Positions 52,224 to 62,227 of a stretch of 64,000 nucleotides of DNA are shown one piece after another. Source of the DNA: Nitrospirota bacterium (GTDB lineage: Bacteria > Nitrospirota > UBA9217). The notes under the pieces are model-generated. The model was not told the DNA's origin. It saw only the letters and a list, made by a program, of their open reading frames with translations, and searched no databases. The position numbers were made by a program, and so were the translations under genes. The DNA lies in assembly GCA_963737155.1 (NCBI GenBank), contig CAVTRN010000001.1, forward strand, positions 1,632,001-1,696,000, written 5' to 3'. The first letter of the stretch is position 1. Each line of letters starts with the position of its first letter.

Positions 52224-53588
52224 ATGGAGTTCATCGCAATCATTTCGCTTTCTCGGAAACTATTGGATAAAAGCTTTCTTTCTGCAGTATTACTCGTTGC
52301 GATCTGCAGCGCAGCGGATGCTGAAACTGCGCCGGAGCCGGATTGGTCGCCTCAACTTCTTGGGATGCAGTTCAACGGCGTATACCAAAACGTGCCTGCT
52401 TTCCCGAGTCCCTATCGAGGGCTTAACAGCTTCAACACCACTAACGGCGAAGGACAAGATTTTACCCAAACATATGGAGTGTATTTGGGGTCACAACTGG
52501 CACCGACGCTTCAGACCTATCTGGACCTTGAGTATTTCCGCGGTAACGGAGTTAGCGACGGCGTAGGGCTCGCCGGGTATGTCAATGGAGATGTCATCAG
52601 AGCTGGATCGTCGGACCTGCCAAAGGATCCCTATGTGGCACGATTATACATCGAGTACATTCTTCCGCTATCCTCAGAAACCGAAAAGGTGGAGCGGGCC
52701 ATGGATCAACTTCCCGGGGATCAGCCTGTGGCCAGATGGGAAGTAAAAGCGGGGAAGCTTTCTCTCACGGACGATATTGACTGGAATCGCTACGCCAATA
52801 ATAATCGGACTCAGTTTCTCAACTACGATTTCCTATACAATACTGCATGGGATTACGCGGCGGACACACGGGGCTACAGCTATGGATTTATCACAGCCCT
52901 GGTCCAGCCGATATGGAAACTGGCCTTCGGGGTCTGTATGGAACCTAATACCGCCAATGGCGCGAATTTTGATTTTATTGGCACGAGAGAGCTTGGATAC
53001 AACCTGGAACTCAGTCTGAATCCAAATGATGCGGGAACGGTAGTCCGTTTCCTCTCTTATTTCAATGAGGCGAAGATGGGTAACTACGACGCAGCAATGG
53101 CGCTTGGTCGTGCCTTACCCGATCTCGCGCTCGTTGAGAAGCCCGGCGGCACGAAGTACGGTTTTGGACTGAATTTTGAGCAACCGCTTGCTGACGAAGG
53201 AGAAACAGGCCTGTTTGGGCGCATAGGCTGGAATGACGGGGCTCACGAAACTTGGGCTTATACGGAAGCAGACCGCCATGCTAGTCTGGGTGCTCAGGTG
53301 AGTGGGGTAAACTGGGGGAGAACGGAAGACCGATTCGGCATAGCATGCGGGATTAACGGTTTGTCTGATCCACACAAAAATTATCTTGCATCAGGCGGCA
53401 GCGGCATACTCCTTGGTGACGGCACGCTCAATTACGGTCTGGAGCAGACCCTTGAAACCTTCTACCGTGTCCAACTCGGTCGATACGCGCAACTGTCCCC
53501 TGATTTTCAGTACATACAGAACCCCGGCTACAATCGAGATCGGGGGCCGGTCGAGGTCTATTCGTTGCGTTTACGATTGAATTATTAA
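52224..53588 (+). CDS. OprB-family porin (metal-uptake-associated type)
   Basis: RTQFLN..WDYAADTRGYSYG, LSPDFQYIQNPGYNRDRGPV. Confidence 0.82.
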   Translation: MEFIAIISLSRKLLDKSFLSAVLLVAICSAADAETAPEPDWSPQLLGMQFNGVYQNVPAFPSPYRGLNSFNTTNGEGQDFTQTYGVYLGSQLAPTLQTYLDLEYFRGNGVSDGVGLAGYVNGDVIRAGSSDLPKDPYVARLYIEYILPLSSETEKVERAMDQLPGDQPVARWEVKAGKLSLTDDIDWNRYANNNRTQFLNYDFLYNTAWDYAADTRGYSYGFITALVQPIWKLAFGVCMEPNTANGANFDFIGTRELGYNLELSLNPNDAGTVVRFLSYFNEAKMGNYDAAMALGRALPDLALVEKPGGTKYGFGLNFEQPLADEGETGLFGRIGWNDGAHETWAYTEADRHASLGAQVSGVNWGRTEDRFGIACGINGLSDPHKNYLASGGSGILLGDGTLNYGLEQTLETFYRVQLGRYAQLSPDFQYIQNPGYNRDRGPVEVYSLRLRLNY

Positions 53589-53848
53589 TCAACTCGGTGG
53601 AGAACAAACATGACACTAAGAGTGAGCCTTCACGGGGCGACAGTAGATACAGACTTCACCCGGTATTCCGCAACTGTTTACTCACGCACCGGTGCAGATA
53701 GTAGGTGAAGTCAAGCTTTTTAACCTACGCGGATCGATGCTAATAACCGGATTGAAGTATGTATTACCGCAATTCGTATTGAAGGGCCACATTAACACCT
53801 TTGCCTTTCCTCTTGCCCGTTATAGACCCCCGTGCTATCATTTAACTT

Positions 53849-54040
53849 ATGAAAAAGTCTAACCGCACTATACCTCTCAAAAAAATAAAAACACCTCGGA
53901 AGCAGGGCATGACATTAAAGAGGCTGTTGTCGCGTGTGACCGAAAAGAATATTCACCACGAAGTTGACAGCGGCCACGCTGTAGATAGAGAAGCCAGGTA
54001 CAATGAGCAAGAGGATAAAATCAAAAAGACCGCGGATTGA
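53849..54040 (+). pseudogene. MazE-like antitoxin C-terminal remnant
   Basis: TLKRLLSRVTEKNIHHEVDSG resembles the MazE tail; no toxin gene follows. Confidence 0.45.
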
Positions 54041-54290
54041 GATTACCCGTTGGAAGTTGGGGATGGTTCGGACTCCTTTCAGGCCGTGGATCCGGTTGAA
54101 ACTTGGGAAAAGATGGAGATAGCAGAATTGCTATGATGTCGAGGAAAAGGCAGCGAAGGATGCGATCTTGGAAAATAAATAAATAGGGATACACCATATT
54201 TTAGCTTGATTTCATTGTTCTCGTGATCAATCTATGCTATAGATTTTCGAGCCAATAATATCTTGTTATACGCAGAAGCGAGGCACGGTT

Positions 54291-54677
54291 ATGAACGTTG
54301 AGTCAATCGATCATATTGTGCTGACGGTCAAGGATATCGAAGCAACCTGTGCTTTCTACACGAAGGTGCTTGGTATGAAGGTGACTACGTTCGGGGCTGG
54401 AAGAAAGGCGTTGTCATTTGGGGTACAGAAGATAAATTTACATGAGCACGGAAATGAATTTGAGCCAAAAGCGAAAGTAGCAACGCCGGGATCGGCCGAT
54501 TTGTGTTTCGTATCTACTGTCTCAATTGGGCTGGTTCTTGATCACTTGCGCACTAACGATATTGAAATCCTGGAAGGTCCTGTTCATCGAACTGGAGCTA
54601 TGGGTCCAATTACCTCGGTATACTTTCGAGATCCAGACGGGAATCTAATCGAGGTGTCGAACTATGAGATTGCATAA
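54291..54677 (+). CDS. VOC/glyoxalase family protein (probable integron cassette gene)
   Basis: IDHIVLTV.D..FY, QKINLH, PGSADLCF, SVYFRDPDGNLIE. Confidence 0.92.
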   Translation: MNVESIDHIVLTVKDIEATCAFYTKVLGMKVTTFGAGRKALSFGVQKINLHEHGNEFEPKAKVATPGSADLCFVSTVSIGLVLDHLRTNDIEILEGPVHRTGAMGPITSVYFRDPDGNLIEVSNYEIA

Positions 54678-54738
54678 GACTGCGCTTCAGCTGACGTCAG
54701 GCCATCGTGGCCTTCCTCAGCTGTGCTTTGAGTTCGTT
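54672..54738 (+). repeat. Degenerate attC-like site
   Basis: GCATAAG-actgc-GCTTCAGCTGAC…TCAGCTGTGC-tttga-GTTCGTT; stop codon lies in R''. Confidence 0.6.
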
Positions 54739-54969
54739 CATAAGATACAACCATTATGTGAAGTAAATGTTGTGGGCATAGGAAACACAATGGCTTCCAA
54801 ATAATTTTCTTCACATAACGGATACTCTTACGGCGATTCAAGCCAGTATACAATGTTGTTTCTTTACATGATTAGGTGTTTTGGATTGTCTTTGCACGTG
54901 GGATTAAAAGAAGGAAGATGCTTACGGGACAGCTTAAATCGCATCTGATTCCGACAATTCAAATTCCCA

Positions 54970-55130
54970 CATAGGTTTCCCCATTGAGTGTAATATGACA
55001 TTGGAGAAAGTACAGGGGGGGATTTTGGGGGTATCCTGAAAATAGCATTTAAAATATATAATAATTTCAAAGCATTGGAAGAACTATTTGATGGTCACCG
55101 CCTCCACCATTTAAGTGGTTGATTTTATTA
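54970..55130 (+). repeat. Island 2/3 junction; core CACCGCCTCCACCATTTAAG at 55096-55115
   Basis: Exact 20-bp core; arm homologous to 46434-46567; IHF-like TAAGTGGTTGATT at the core's 3' edge. Confidence 0.9.
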
Positions 55131-55601
55131 AAATCATGATGAAAAAAGTCGTGCCGTTTTATGAAATAGTCGACAAGTGTTGACCTCTCATTTCAATAAA
55201 AATCTCGGGTAGGGGTGTTTATAAACCACTACCCTGATCTTATGCAATAAATCTTCAGTTATCTTGAAAATCCGCCTGCTGAGAAAACGTTCGTAAAAGA
55301 TTCCTTTTATGAACATCTCGCAAACTCGGAATTTCCATCGAATAAAGGTTCAAGATTTTTTTACGATATCCATGTTAGACGCAAGGGGGGCGTATGTGAA
55401 AAATACGAGATGTATTATGCAATCTGTGACATATATATGAAAATGCGAAGTAGGAAAGGACCTCTTGATTGAAAACCATATCAGAAAATGTAAGATTCAA
55501 AAAGTATTTTGTAATCATTTGAAGAATCGATGTACCCGCGTAGTGCGCGCCACGCTTCGCGTGTTGCCTGCTCTTGGGGTGGGGGATTGGGAGAAACTGC
55601 C

Positions 55602-55907
55602 TTATTTTTTCAATAATCGTTTTGCCGCTTCCACATAAGCTTCGAAGTCGGCACGTTTTCCAATTCCAATTACTTCTACCGTGACTTCCTGCTCAATAAT
55701 CCGATAAACGATCCGTATTGACTTACGCACGGTGTACATTTTATAGTAGCCCGTTAAGTCAAGTCCGCGCAGGTTTCCGAGCGGCTCTCCGAGGTGAGGC
55801 GACGTTTCTAACTTCTTTAACTGTTTGGCCACAAGTTTTTTCATTGAACCATCAAGGTTTCTGAAGTCGTCTACTGCGGCCTCTTGCAGAAAAACTTTAT
55901 AGCTCAA
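55602..55907 (-). CDS. RelE/ParE family toxin
   Basis: GEPL.N..GLDLTGYYK..IRIVY..IGIGKR..Y; TTG start after AAGGAGG. Confidence 0.88.
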   Translation of the reverse strand: MSYKVFLQEAAVDDFRNLDGSMKKLVAKQLKKLETSPHLGEPLGNLRGLDLTGYYKMYTVRKSIRIVYRIIEQEVTVEVIGIGKRADFEAYVEAAKRLLKK

Positions 55908-56187
55908 TGTGCTCCTCCTTAAGGAGCTTATCAAGAACTACCCGTCTCCCAGCGCTTTTCTTTCGCGTTGTGATGATATCAAATATCTCAACATGCTCAA
56001 CAAATTGCACGAGTTCTGCCATATACTCATATTCTTCTGCGGGAAGGATGACAGCGGTAATTTCATTGTTTTTAATAATTACGGCCTTTTCCTTCCGATG
56101 GTTTGCAAGATCAGATATCACTTTACCGAAATTTTTTGCGGCTGACGTAGCGCTGATAATCTCGTCGCGTTTAAAAGTCGCTTCCAT
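55897..56187 (-). CDS. Phd/YefM family antitoxin
   Basis: IISATSAAKNFGKVI..VIIKNN..AVIL..EEYE. Confidence 0.85.
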   Translation of the reverse strand: MEATFKRDEIISATSAAKNFGKVISDLANHRKEKAVIIKNNEITAVILPAEEYEYMAELVQFVEHVEIFDIITTRKKSAGRRVVLDKLLKEEHIEL

Positions 56188-56215
56188 GGTTTTTCTCCTT
56201 TTTTATCTGCGTAAT

Positions 56216-56244
56216 ATTATACGGATAATTGTACGCGAAGTCAA
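56216..56244 (-). promoter_or_regulatory. Sigma-70 promoter of the phd-relE pair with overlapping palindromic operator
   Basis: TTGACT-N17-TATAAT. Confidence 0.72.
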
Positions 56245-56726
56245 GAGCATAAAAATGTAGTGCATAAAATGTTGTGGAGGGTTCAAAGCAGAGAGATGCA
56301 TCTACTGACATGAAAGCAGGCTGAAATCCAGCCTGTTTTTTGTTTTCAGCTATGTTGTGTGCGAATTTTTCTGTTAGATTGAAAAAATGTTTCATCTACG
56401 CTAAAAAGGGGAAATACAACCTCTTGCTCTACCCACACATAACCCTAACAATATCAGGTTGTAACTTTAAATTATTTCTGAGAATTGAAACGCGTTTGCT
56501 ACCAGGAAGAACCTCGCGAGTTACCAGAAGTCGAACGATCACGTTGTCGATCAACGCTTGGAGATTGGTAAAAACCTTTGAATGCATACCTCAACTGGTA
56601 CTAACCGCTTCTTTACCGCCAAGTCCACACTATGGACGTGCTATAATTATTTAAATGCAAGTTCGTATAAGCATGGATGGCAGGATAGATGGCGACTTGT
56701 TCTATCCACGGAGAAGGAGGGATACC

Positions 56727-56933
56727 ATGAAATTAAGTACAAGAAACCAAATCAAGGGCACGGTCATTGAGGTTGTAAAAGGTACTATCGCGGCAAAAGT
56801 AAAGATCGATATCGGCGGGGGAAATACGATCACTTCCACGATAACAGTCGATGCTGTAAATGACCTCAAGTTGGAAAAGGGTGATCAGGTTACCGCCCTC
56901 ATAAAAGCCAGCAGTGTCATGATCGGCAAGTAG
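56727..56933 (+). CDS. Molbindin / TOBE (Mop) molybdate-binding protein
   Basis: MKLSTRNQIKGTV..ITSTIT..L.L..G..V.ALIKASSV. Confidence 0.92.
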   Translation: MKLSTRNQIKGTVIEVVKGTIAAKVKIDIGGGNTITSTITVDAVNDLKLEKGDQVTALIKASSVMIGK

Positions 56934-56979
56934 CAGGCTGCCCGAATGAGATTGACTTGCCTCGGTTTCGGTCGATTCC

Positions 56980-57223
56980 TTACATAGAGAGCTGATCCGC
57001 GACGTTATGTGTCTGGATTGTGTGCACAAGGGAAGCGCCGCCCCTGACCGCTGACGCCATACGAATAGCCTTTGTGATATATTTGAGGCTCTTGCCCTCT
57101 TCCAAAGGTTTTGGTATAGGCATCAATACAGTAAGGACATTGAACTGTATGCGCAACAGCAACGGTGATTAGTGGTTTTCCCCGCTTTGTGAACGTTCTA
57201 GGCTCTAAAGCAGCAGTGTACAC
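56980..57223 (-). pseudogene. Frameshifted AhpD/CMD-like peroxidase gene
   Basis: AVAHTVQCPYCIDAYT in one frame and ASAVRGGASLVH..LSM in another. Confidence 0.68.
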
Positions 57224-57262
57224 TCCTTCATATTATTTGCGACTGTCTTAACATCTTTATTA

Positions 57263-57297
57263 TTGACAATGTGTATAATATTAAATATAATACACAT
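57263..57297 (+). promoter_or_regulatory. vapBC promoter and operator
   Basis: TTGACA-N17-TATAAT with inverted repeat ATGTGTAT…ATACACAT. Confidence 0.78.
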
Positions 57298-57310
57298 CAG
57301 AGGTGAGAAC

Positions 57311-57520
57311 ATGAGTACAGCAGGAAAAACCAGGAAACAATTTATCCTCGATCAGGATAAAATTAGACGGGTCAGAAAGATTGTAAATGCTAAAACCGAC
57401 ACTGAGGCAATTACAATGGCTTTAGACATCATCATAGAAAACACAAAAATAGAGACGATGCTCGGATCAATCAAAGGCAAAGGGGCAATAAAGGATATCT
57501 ATGGCAGAACATCCGGTTAA
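57311..57520 (+). CDS. VapB-like antitoxin
   Basis: RHH-like sequence (AKTDTEAITMAL); overlaps the PIN gene. Confidence 0.75.
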   Translation: MSTAGKTRKQFILDQDKIRRVRKIVNAKTDTEAITMALDIIIENTKIETMLGSIKGKGAIKDIYGRTSG

Positions 57521-57929
57521 ACTGGTTCTCGACACATCTATCTACATTCCCTTCATAAACCAGGGTGTTGCTCATCCAACCATAGAAATCCGTCAGGGCC
57601 GCCCCCTGATCTATATGTGTGCTGTTGTAATGGAAGAACTTTATGCTGGTGCATTGGATGTTTCTTCAGTAAAGCTTCTTGATAAGATGCATGACACTTT
57701 CGCCAGCATGGGTAGGCTCATTATTCCAGATGAGACGGACTGGCAGAAAACTGGAAAAGTCATTGCTCAACTTGGGAAGAAATACGGTTTGGAGGAAATG
57801 TTTTTATCAAGGATAACAAACGATATTCTGATAGCTAACACGGTGCGCAAAATAGGTGCATTTGTCGTAACAAATAATCAAAAAGATTTTCTCAGAATCC
57901 AGGAATATATTGATTTCAAGATTTTTTAA
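57501..57929 (+). CDS. vapC: PIN-domain (VapC) toxin
   Basis: LVLDTSIYI, VVMEELYAG, NDILIA, VVTNN.KDF. Confidence 0.88.
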   Translation: MAEHPVKLVLDTSIYIPFINQGVAHPTIEIRQGRPLIYMCAVVMEELYAGALDVSSVKLLDKMHDTFASMGRLIIPDETDWQKTGKVIAQLGKKYGLEEMFLSRITNDILIANTVRKIGAFVVTNNQKDFLRIQEYIDFKIF

Positions 57930-58085
57930 AGGATGACGTTTAGCTGAATTTATCATCCTTTTGAAATATCTCGTCTCTGATTATTTTCGCTGTAACCTGT
58001 ACACGACGCAGGATTCATCTTGTATTATAATGATAAATGTTTGCTCGTCTCGCAAATGATTCCATCATTCTGCAAGCAGATAAAG

Positions 58086-58600
58086 ATGAGAATAGAAACT
58101 AATATCAAAATAATAGAACAATTATCAAGACACGGAAAAGATGCAAACAGGACGTTTTGTTGTTTTCTGTGGGGGACTGACGTAACGGCTGCAAGAATTG
58201 ATTCAATAGTCCACGGTCTCTACGAAGAAGTATCGGCTTAAATTGGTTGTACTCATTGCGGGAACTGTTGAAAAATGATTCAGCCGAATCTATCGGTAAC
58301 TGACATAAAAAGACTGGCTCGCCAATTCGAACCGACCACAAGAGAATTCCGGACGCGTTTTCTTCTGAAAAATGATGAGGGCGAAGGCTTTGTTTTCAAT
58401 GAACAGCCTTGCCCCTTTTTAAAAGAGCAATCGTTGCAAAGTTTACGAAAACCGCCTACATGGTTGCAGATCATATCCGCATCTCCATAAACGCGATTTC
58501 ATCTTCAAGATAAACCAGGCAGTCTCCAATTGCTCCATTTGCCCGATTGTGCTCAATGTTTATGAGGGGCTTAAACAAACCCTTTGGCCTCCTCGATTGA
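58086..58600 (+). pseudogene. YkgJ/FliB-type cysteine-cluster protein pseudogene
   Basis: CTHCGNC*, PCPFL, CKVYENR, CRSYPHL, CSICPIV spread over shifted frames. Confidence 0.68.
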
Positions 58601-58711
58601 AATATATAAGGAGGGCCTGAGATTGTGTGAAATGCACAGCTTTATTTTATCCTTCACTTGATGTTTTATATTTTAAACGTATTAGCCCGACGAAGTCTTA
58701 TGACATCCAGC

Positions 58712-58814
58712 ATTTTGGGGTATCTTTTGAGGTATGTCGTAATATCCCTAAAATAAATTGTAGAATATCAATCAGTTGGAGAAACGTTGATGGCCACCGC
58801 CTCCACCATTTAAG
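58712..58814 (+). repeat. Distal att site; core at 58795-58814
   Basis: Exact core; TTGGGGTATCTTTTGAGGTAT arm repeat; IHF consensus TATCAATCAGTTG. Confidence 0.85.
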
Positions 58815-58851
58815 TAAGACGCCTCCTCTGCCATCAAGCTACCGTATAGAT

Positions 58852-59859
58852 TCATATTTCGATGCAGATTTTGCCGAAATGGGCACCGCTCGCCTCGTAA
58901 CGAAACGCATCGATCAGGTCTTGTAGAGGAAATGTCTTATTGATGACCGGCTTCATGTCATTGGCATCCAGAGCGCGAATCATCTCGATCTGCTGCTGGC
59001 GGTTTCCGACTTGCATCCCCTGAAGCCTCGCTTGTCGAGTCAACAGCGCCGCGGTCGGAATCGGACCGGAGAAACCCGTCAAGACGCCGATGATCTCGAT
59101 ATGCCCGCCGATGCGGCACGCGCTGATCGACTGTGGCAGAGTATCCGGACCGCCCACCTCGATGACATGATCAACGCCACGTCCGTCGGTCAGGTCTAAA
59201 ACCTGATCTGCCCAGTTTGGATACTGCTTGTAGTTGATCGTATGGTAGGCGCCTAGAGTGCGTGCGCGAGCCAGTTTTTCATCCGACGACGAAGTGACGA
59301 TCGTCAATGCGCCCATCATTTTTGCGAACTGTAGGGCGAACATCGACACACCACCCGTGCCCAAAGTCAATACCGTCTCGCCGGCTTTCAAAGGACCATC
59401 ACTGACAAGTGCGCGCCACGCCGTAAGACCGGCGGTGGGCAAAGTCGCCGCTTCCGTACAGCTGTAATTCTTAGGCACGCGAGTGAACCAATTCGCCGGC
59501 CGCACCACCCTCTCCCGCGCATAACCATCCAAGCTATCACCGGGCGTCTTGGCGATCCTGAATGGTTCGACTTCGCCGTTTTGCCACTCGGGGAAAAAGC
59601 AGGAGACGACGTGATCGCCCACGGAAAACTCGCTGACCCCTTCCCCGATCCTTTCGACAATTCCAGCTCCATCTGTCAACGGGATGAGTCCGTCTGCGGT
59701 TGGAATTTTCCCAAGCGCGACCAGATAATCATGATAGTTCAGCGAGCTCGCGTGCAGCCGCACCTGGATTTCGCCCTCCTGTGGCGCATCCGGCTCGTCC
59801 ATCTCGACCATTGTCAGGCGCTCGAGCCCACCGGATCCTTTAAGTCTTATTGCTTTCAT
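58852..59859 (-). CDS. NAD(P)-dependent MDR-family oxidoreductase
   Basis: SSLNYHD, DGAG, AATLPTAGLTAW, GTGGVS, HFGKICI. Confidence 0.9.
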   Translation of the reverse strand: MKAIRLKGSGGLERLTMVEMDEPDAPQEGEIQVRLHASSLNYHDYLVALGKIPTADGLIPLTDGAGIVERIGEGVSEFSVGDHVVSCFFPEWQNGEVEPFRIAKTPGDSLDGYARERVVRPANWFTRVPKNYSCTEAATLPTAGLTAWRALVSDGPLKAGETVLTLGTGGVSMFALQFAKMMGALTIVTSSSDEKLARARTLGAYHTINYKQYPNWADQVLDLTDGRGVDHVIEVGGPDTLPQSISACRIGGHIEIIGVLTGFSGPIPTAALLTRQARLQGMQVGNRQQQIEMIRALDANDMKPVINKTFPLQDLIDAFRYEASGAHFGKICIEI

Positions 59860-60359
59860 AAGGTATCTCTCCTATGGAAATGGTTAGGATGAGCAGCGAC
59901 CTAAAGTTAAAAAAAGATGTCGAACTGTCTCAGGCCGCCCGCTTATCTCAAGTTTCATCCAGTGTTCAACATATTAGTCAGCTCCGTCGTCATATATCAC
60001 GGATTTTTCATATTATCCTCACACTTTGCATGCATAAGAGCGACGCAAATCACTTATTGACCTCCTTTTTAGCTTCAATCGTCTATATTGGGATAGTACC
60101 ATAGACCTTACAGGTGTCAATTTTGTTCATTTTGAGGTTGCTGGGAATCGTGATACAGCCGGAGAAGTAAAAAAGCGATTTCCTTCTGTTGTTTGAGTTG
60201 CCAGCGTCAGGCAGCTGGTTTGTACTTCTCGAGTACCTGGTTATAAGCCTCATTCGGTCTAAGTTTATCAAGCGATGCATGTCGCCTGTTGTCGTTTTAC
60301 CAGTTGAACCAGTATATCATTTCCTTGGAAAGTTCGGTTATTGAGGTACCTTTACTCAC

Positions 60360-60621
60360 TATTCCTTCTTGCTGGGCTCTCCTTTACCTAACGTAATCAG
60401 TTGCACAAACTGTTATTGATAAAAAAGCCCCATCCGGCTGAACAGTCACCGTAGCATTCTAAAGAAGGGATCAAGCCGACATGCGTAAAACGGAGGTCTG
60501 TCTTATCGACCATTTTGGTGATCTCAAAGACAATTTGAGTGCCGCTCCTTTCCGTCTCATCTTTAACGAAGGTCAAATGGTCGTCCAGTATATGCCATAC
60601 GACTTCCTTACTTGGTGCCAC
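60360..60621 (-). pseudogene. SRPBCC/AHSA1-like domain fragment
   Basis: GTQIVFEI..TDLRFTHVGL.P..ECYGDCSAGWGFFI. Confidence 0.6.
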
Positions 60622-60896
60622 TGATAATATTTTATAGCACGAAACGCTTGCAGGTCAAGGCGACCTGTCTACAAAGCTGATGTGGATTTGGATAGAGGAC
60701 TTTAACGATTTCTAGATGATAACTTGTATGTTGCAGAGATTGGAAACTATAACTGACTCAGGAAGTTATATATTAGTAAGGGAATAGATAAAATGAGCGT
60801 TATAACAGAAAGAATATTTATAAGCTAGCCAAAATGGGAACCTCCTGCTAAGAATTAATTTATAACGGAACTAAATTCAAGAGAAAGGAGGCTTCT

Positions 60897-61830
60897 ATGA
60901 ACTGCATTAATGATAGCAGACTTGGGCAGTTTCATCAACTGAAGAAAGAGATTCGGAGTTCTACGGAGTATTTGATTGTCGGCCTGGACATTGCCAAGGA
61001 AAAGCACAACGCCTTCTCTGGTACGGCGACCAGCAATGCAGTGTTTCGGGGCATGTTCTTTGACAATACGATGGAAGGTTTTTGTAAGCTACTCGTGCAA
61101 GTAGAGGCACTGAAAGCGGAGTATAGCCTTTCGAAGGTGGCTTTCGGGTCTGGAGCGGACGGCTAATTACCACAAGCCCCTGGCAGAATATCTCATCAAG
61201 TACGGTTTCATGGTTGTTGGTATCCCCCTTTTTCGACCGTAAAGAACCGGCAGCTTCTGGAGGCCGATGGGACAAACACGACACCTAGGAGGCCGCTAAC
61301 GTTGCCGACCTCATCGCCCAGGGTAAATCTGTATTACGACTATCCGGAAGCAGCCAAAGGCGATATCGGAAGCCTTCGTCCGTTTAAGAAGCGGCTCAAG
61401 AAAGAAGAGCAGGCACTGCAAGTTCGCATCCGCAATCAGCTGCTCGCGAGTACTTCCCGGAGATGGACCGCCATTTTCGCGCTGAGGTGACCATGGCTGT
61501 GGTCCGGACTTGTCTTGATCCATCTATCGCTGATTGCCGGAATGGAATACGATCAATTTGCCGAGCAGTAGCACCGGGGAGGGTGAATTTGAGGCAGCAG
61601 CGTCTGCTCCAACAAATCTGGCAACTAGCCCACCAGTCTATTGGCTGCCGCGTGGGAGAAACAGTGACATTTGAGGCGCAGGCGATGGTCTCGACCATCT
61701 ATCACCTTCGTGAAATGATCAAAAACCTGAACGACAAACTTCGACCATCAGGTATAAACTTTACGACGGCGCCAAGGGCTCGCAAAGCCGAAAGATGCAT
61801 GAGCATGGCGGGAATATTACCGGGCTGATT
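60897..61830 (+). pseudogene. IS110-family transposase pseudogene
   Basis: LIVGLDIAKEKH N-terminus; fragments in several frames (ANYHKPLAEYL, RWDKHD, ANVADLIAQG). Confidence 0.75.
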
Positions 61831-62227
61831 TACAGGCAGAGAATAGACCTTTCTAACCGCCGCTCCTCAATTGACAAATTACCTTATAACCGGCGAAATG
61901 ATTATGTCACTTAGGGTTAGAGTTGTCCTCCTCCATTAAGCGGATACGATATATGAGTGTGTCCATGATCTCATCAGCATCAAGAGCCATAATTCATTTT
62001 TTTCTATGAATAAGTAATCGAGCATAAGTTCCCGAACTAATCTCATATACTCTTTGAGTCCTCGTCGATATTATCGCCCCTGGCTGGCGTTTGGTGACTA
62101 AATCTTGGCCGATCAGGATAAATTCACTCCCTCAGGGAATCGTCAGACATGTACAACACCTTTGGAAAACCCAGGATGAACCTGACCTGACGAGCGTCGT
62201 GTCCATCCTGGTATGCCATCTAACAAC

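Larger units (their letters stand above)
46581..55109. mobile_element. Genomic island 2 (same end sequences as island 1, no integrase)
   Basis: Bounded by core copies at 46568 and 55096. Confidence 0.78.
55110..58808. mobile_element. Genomic island 3 (TA-rich, no integrase)
   Basis: Bounded by core copies at 55096 and 58795. Confidence 0.72.

Noticed and set aside
55530-55600. GC-rich palindrome after relE as an attC site
   Set aside because: It lacks recognisable R boxes and regular arm pairing.
60230-60340. Possible IS3-like integrase-core remnant (WFNW*NDNRRHASL) on the minus strand
   Set aside because: Too short and degenerate to support a call.
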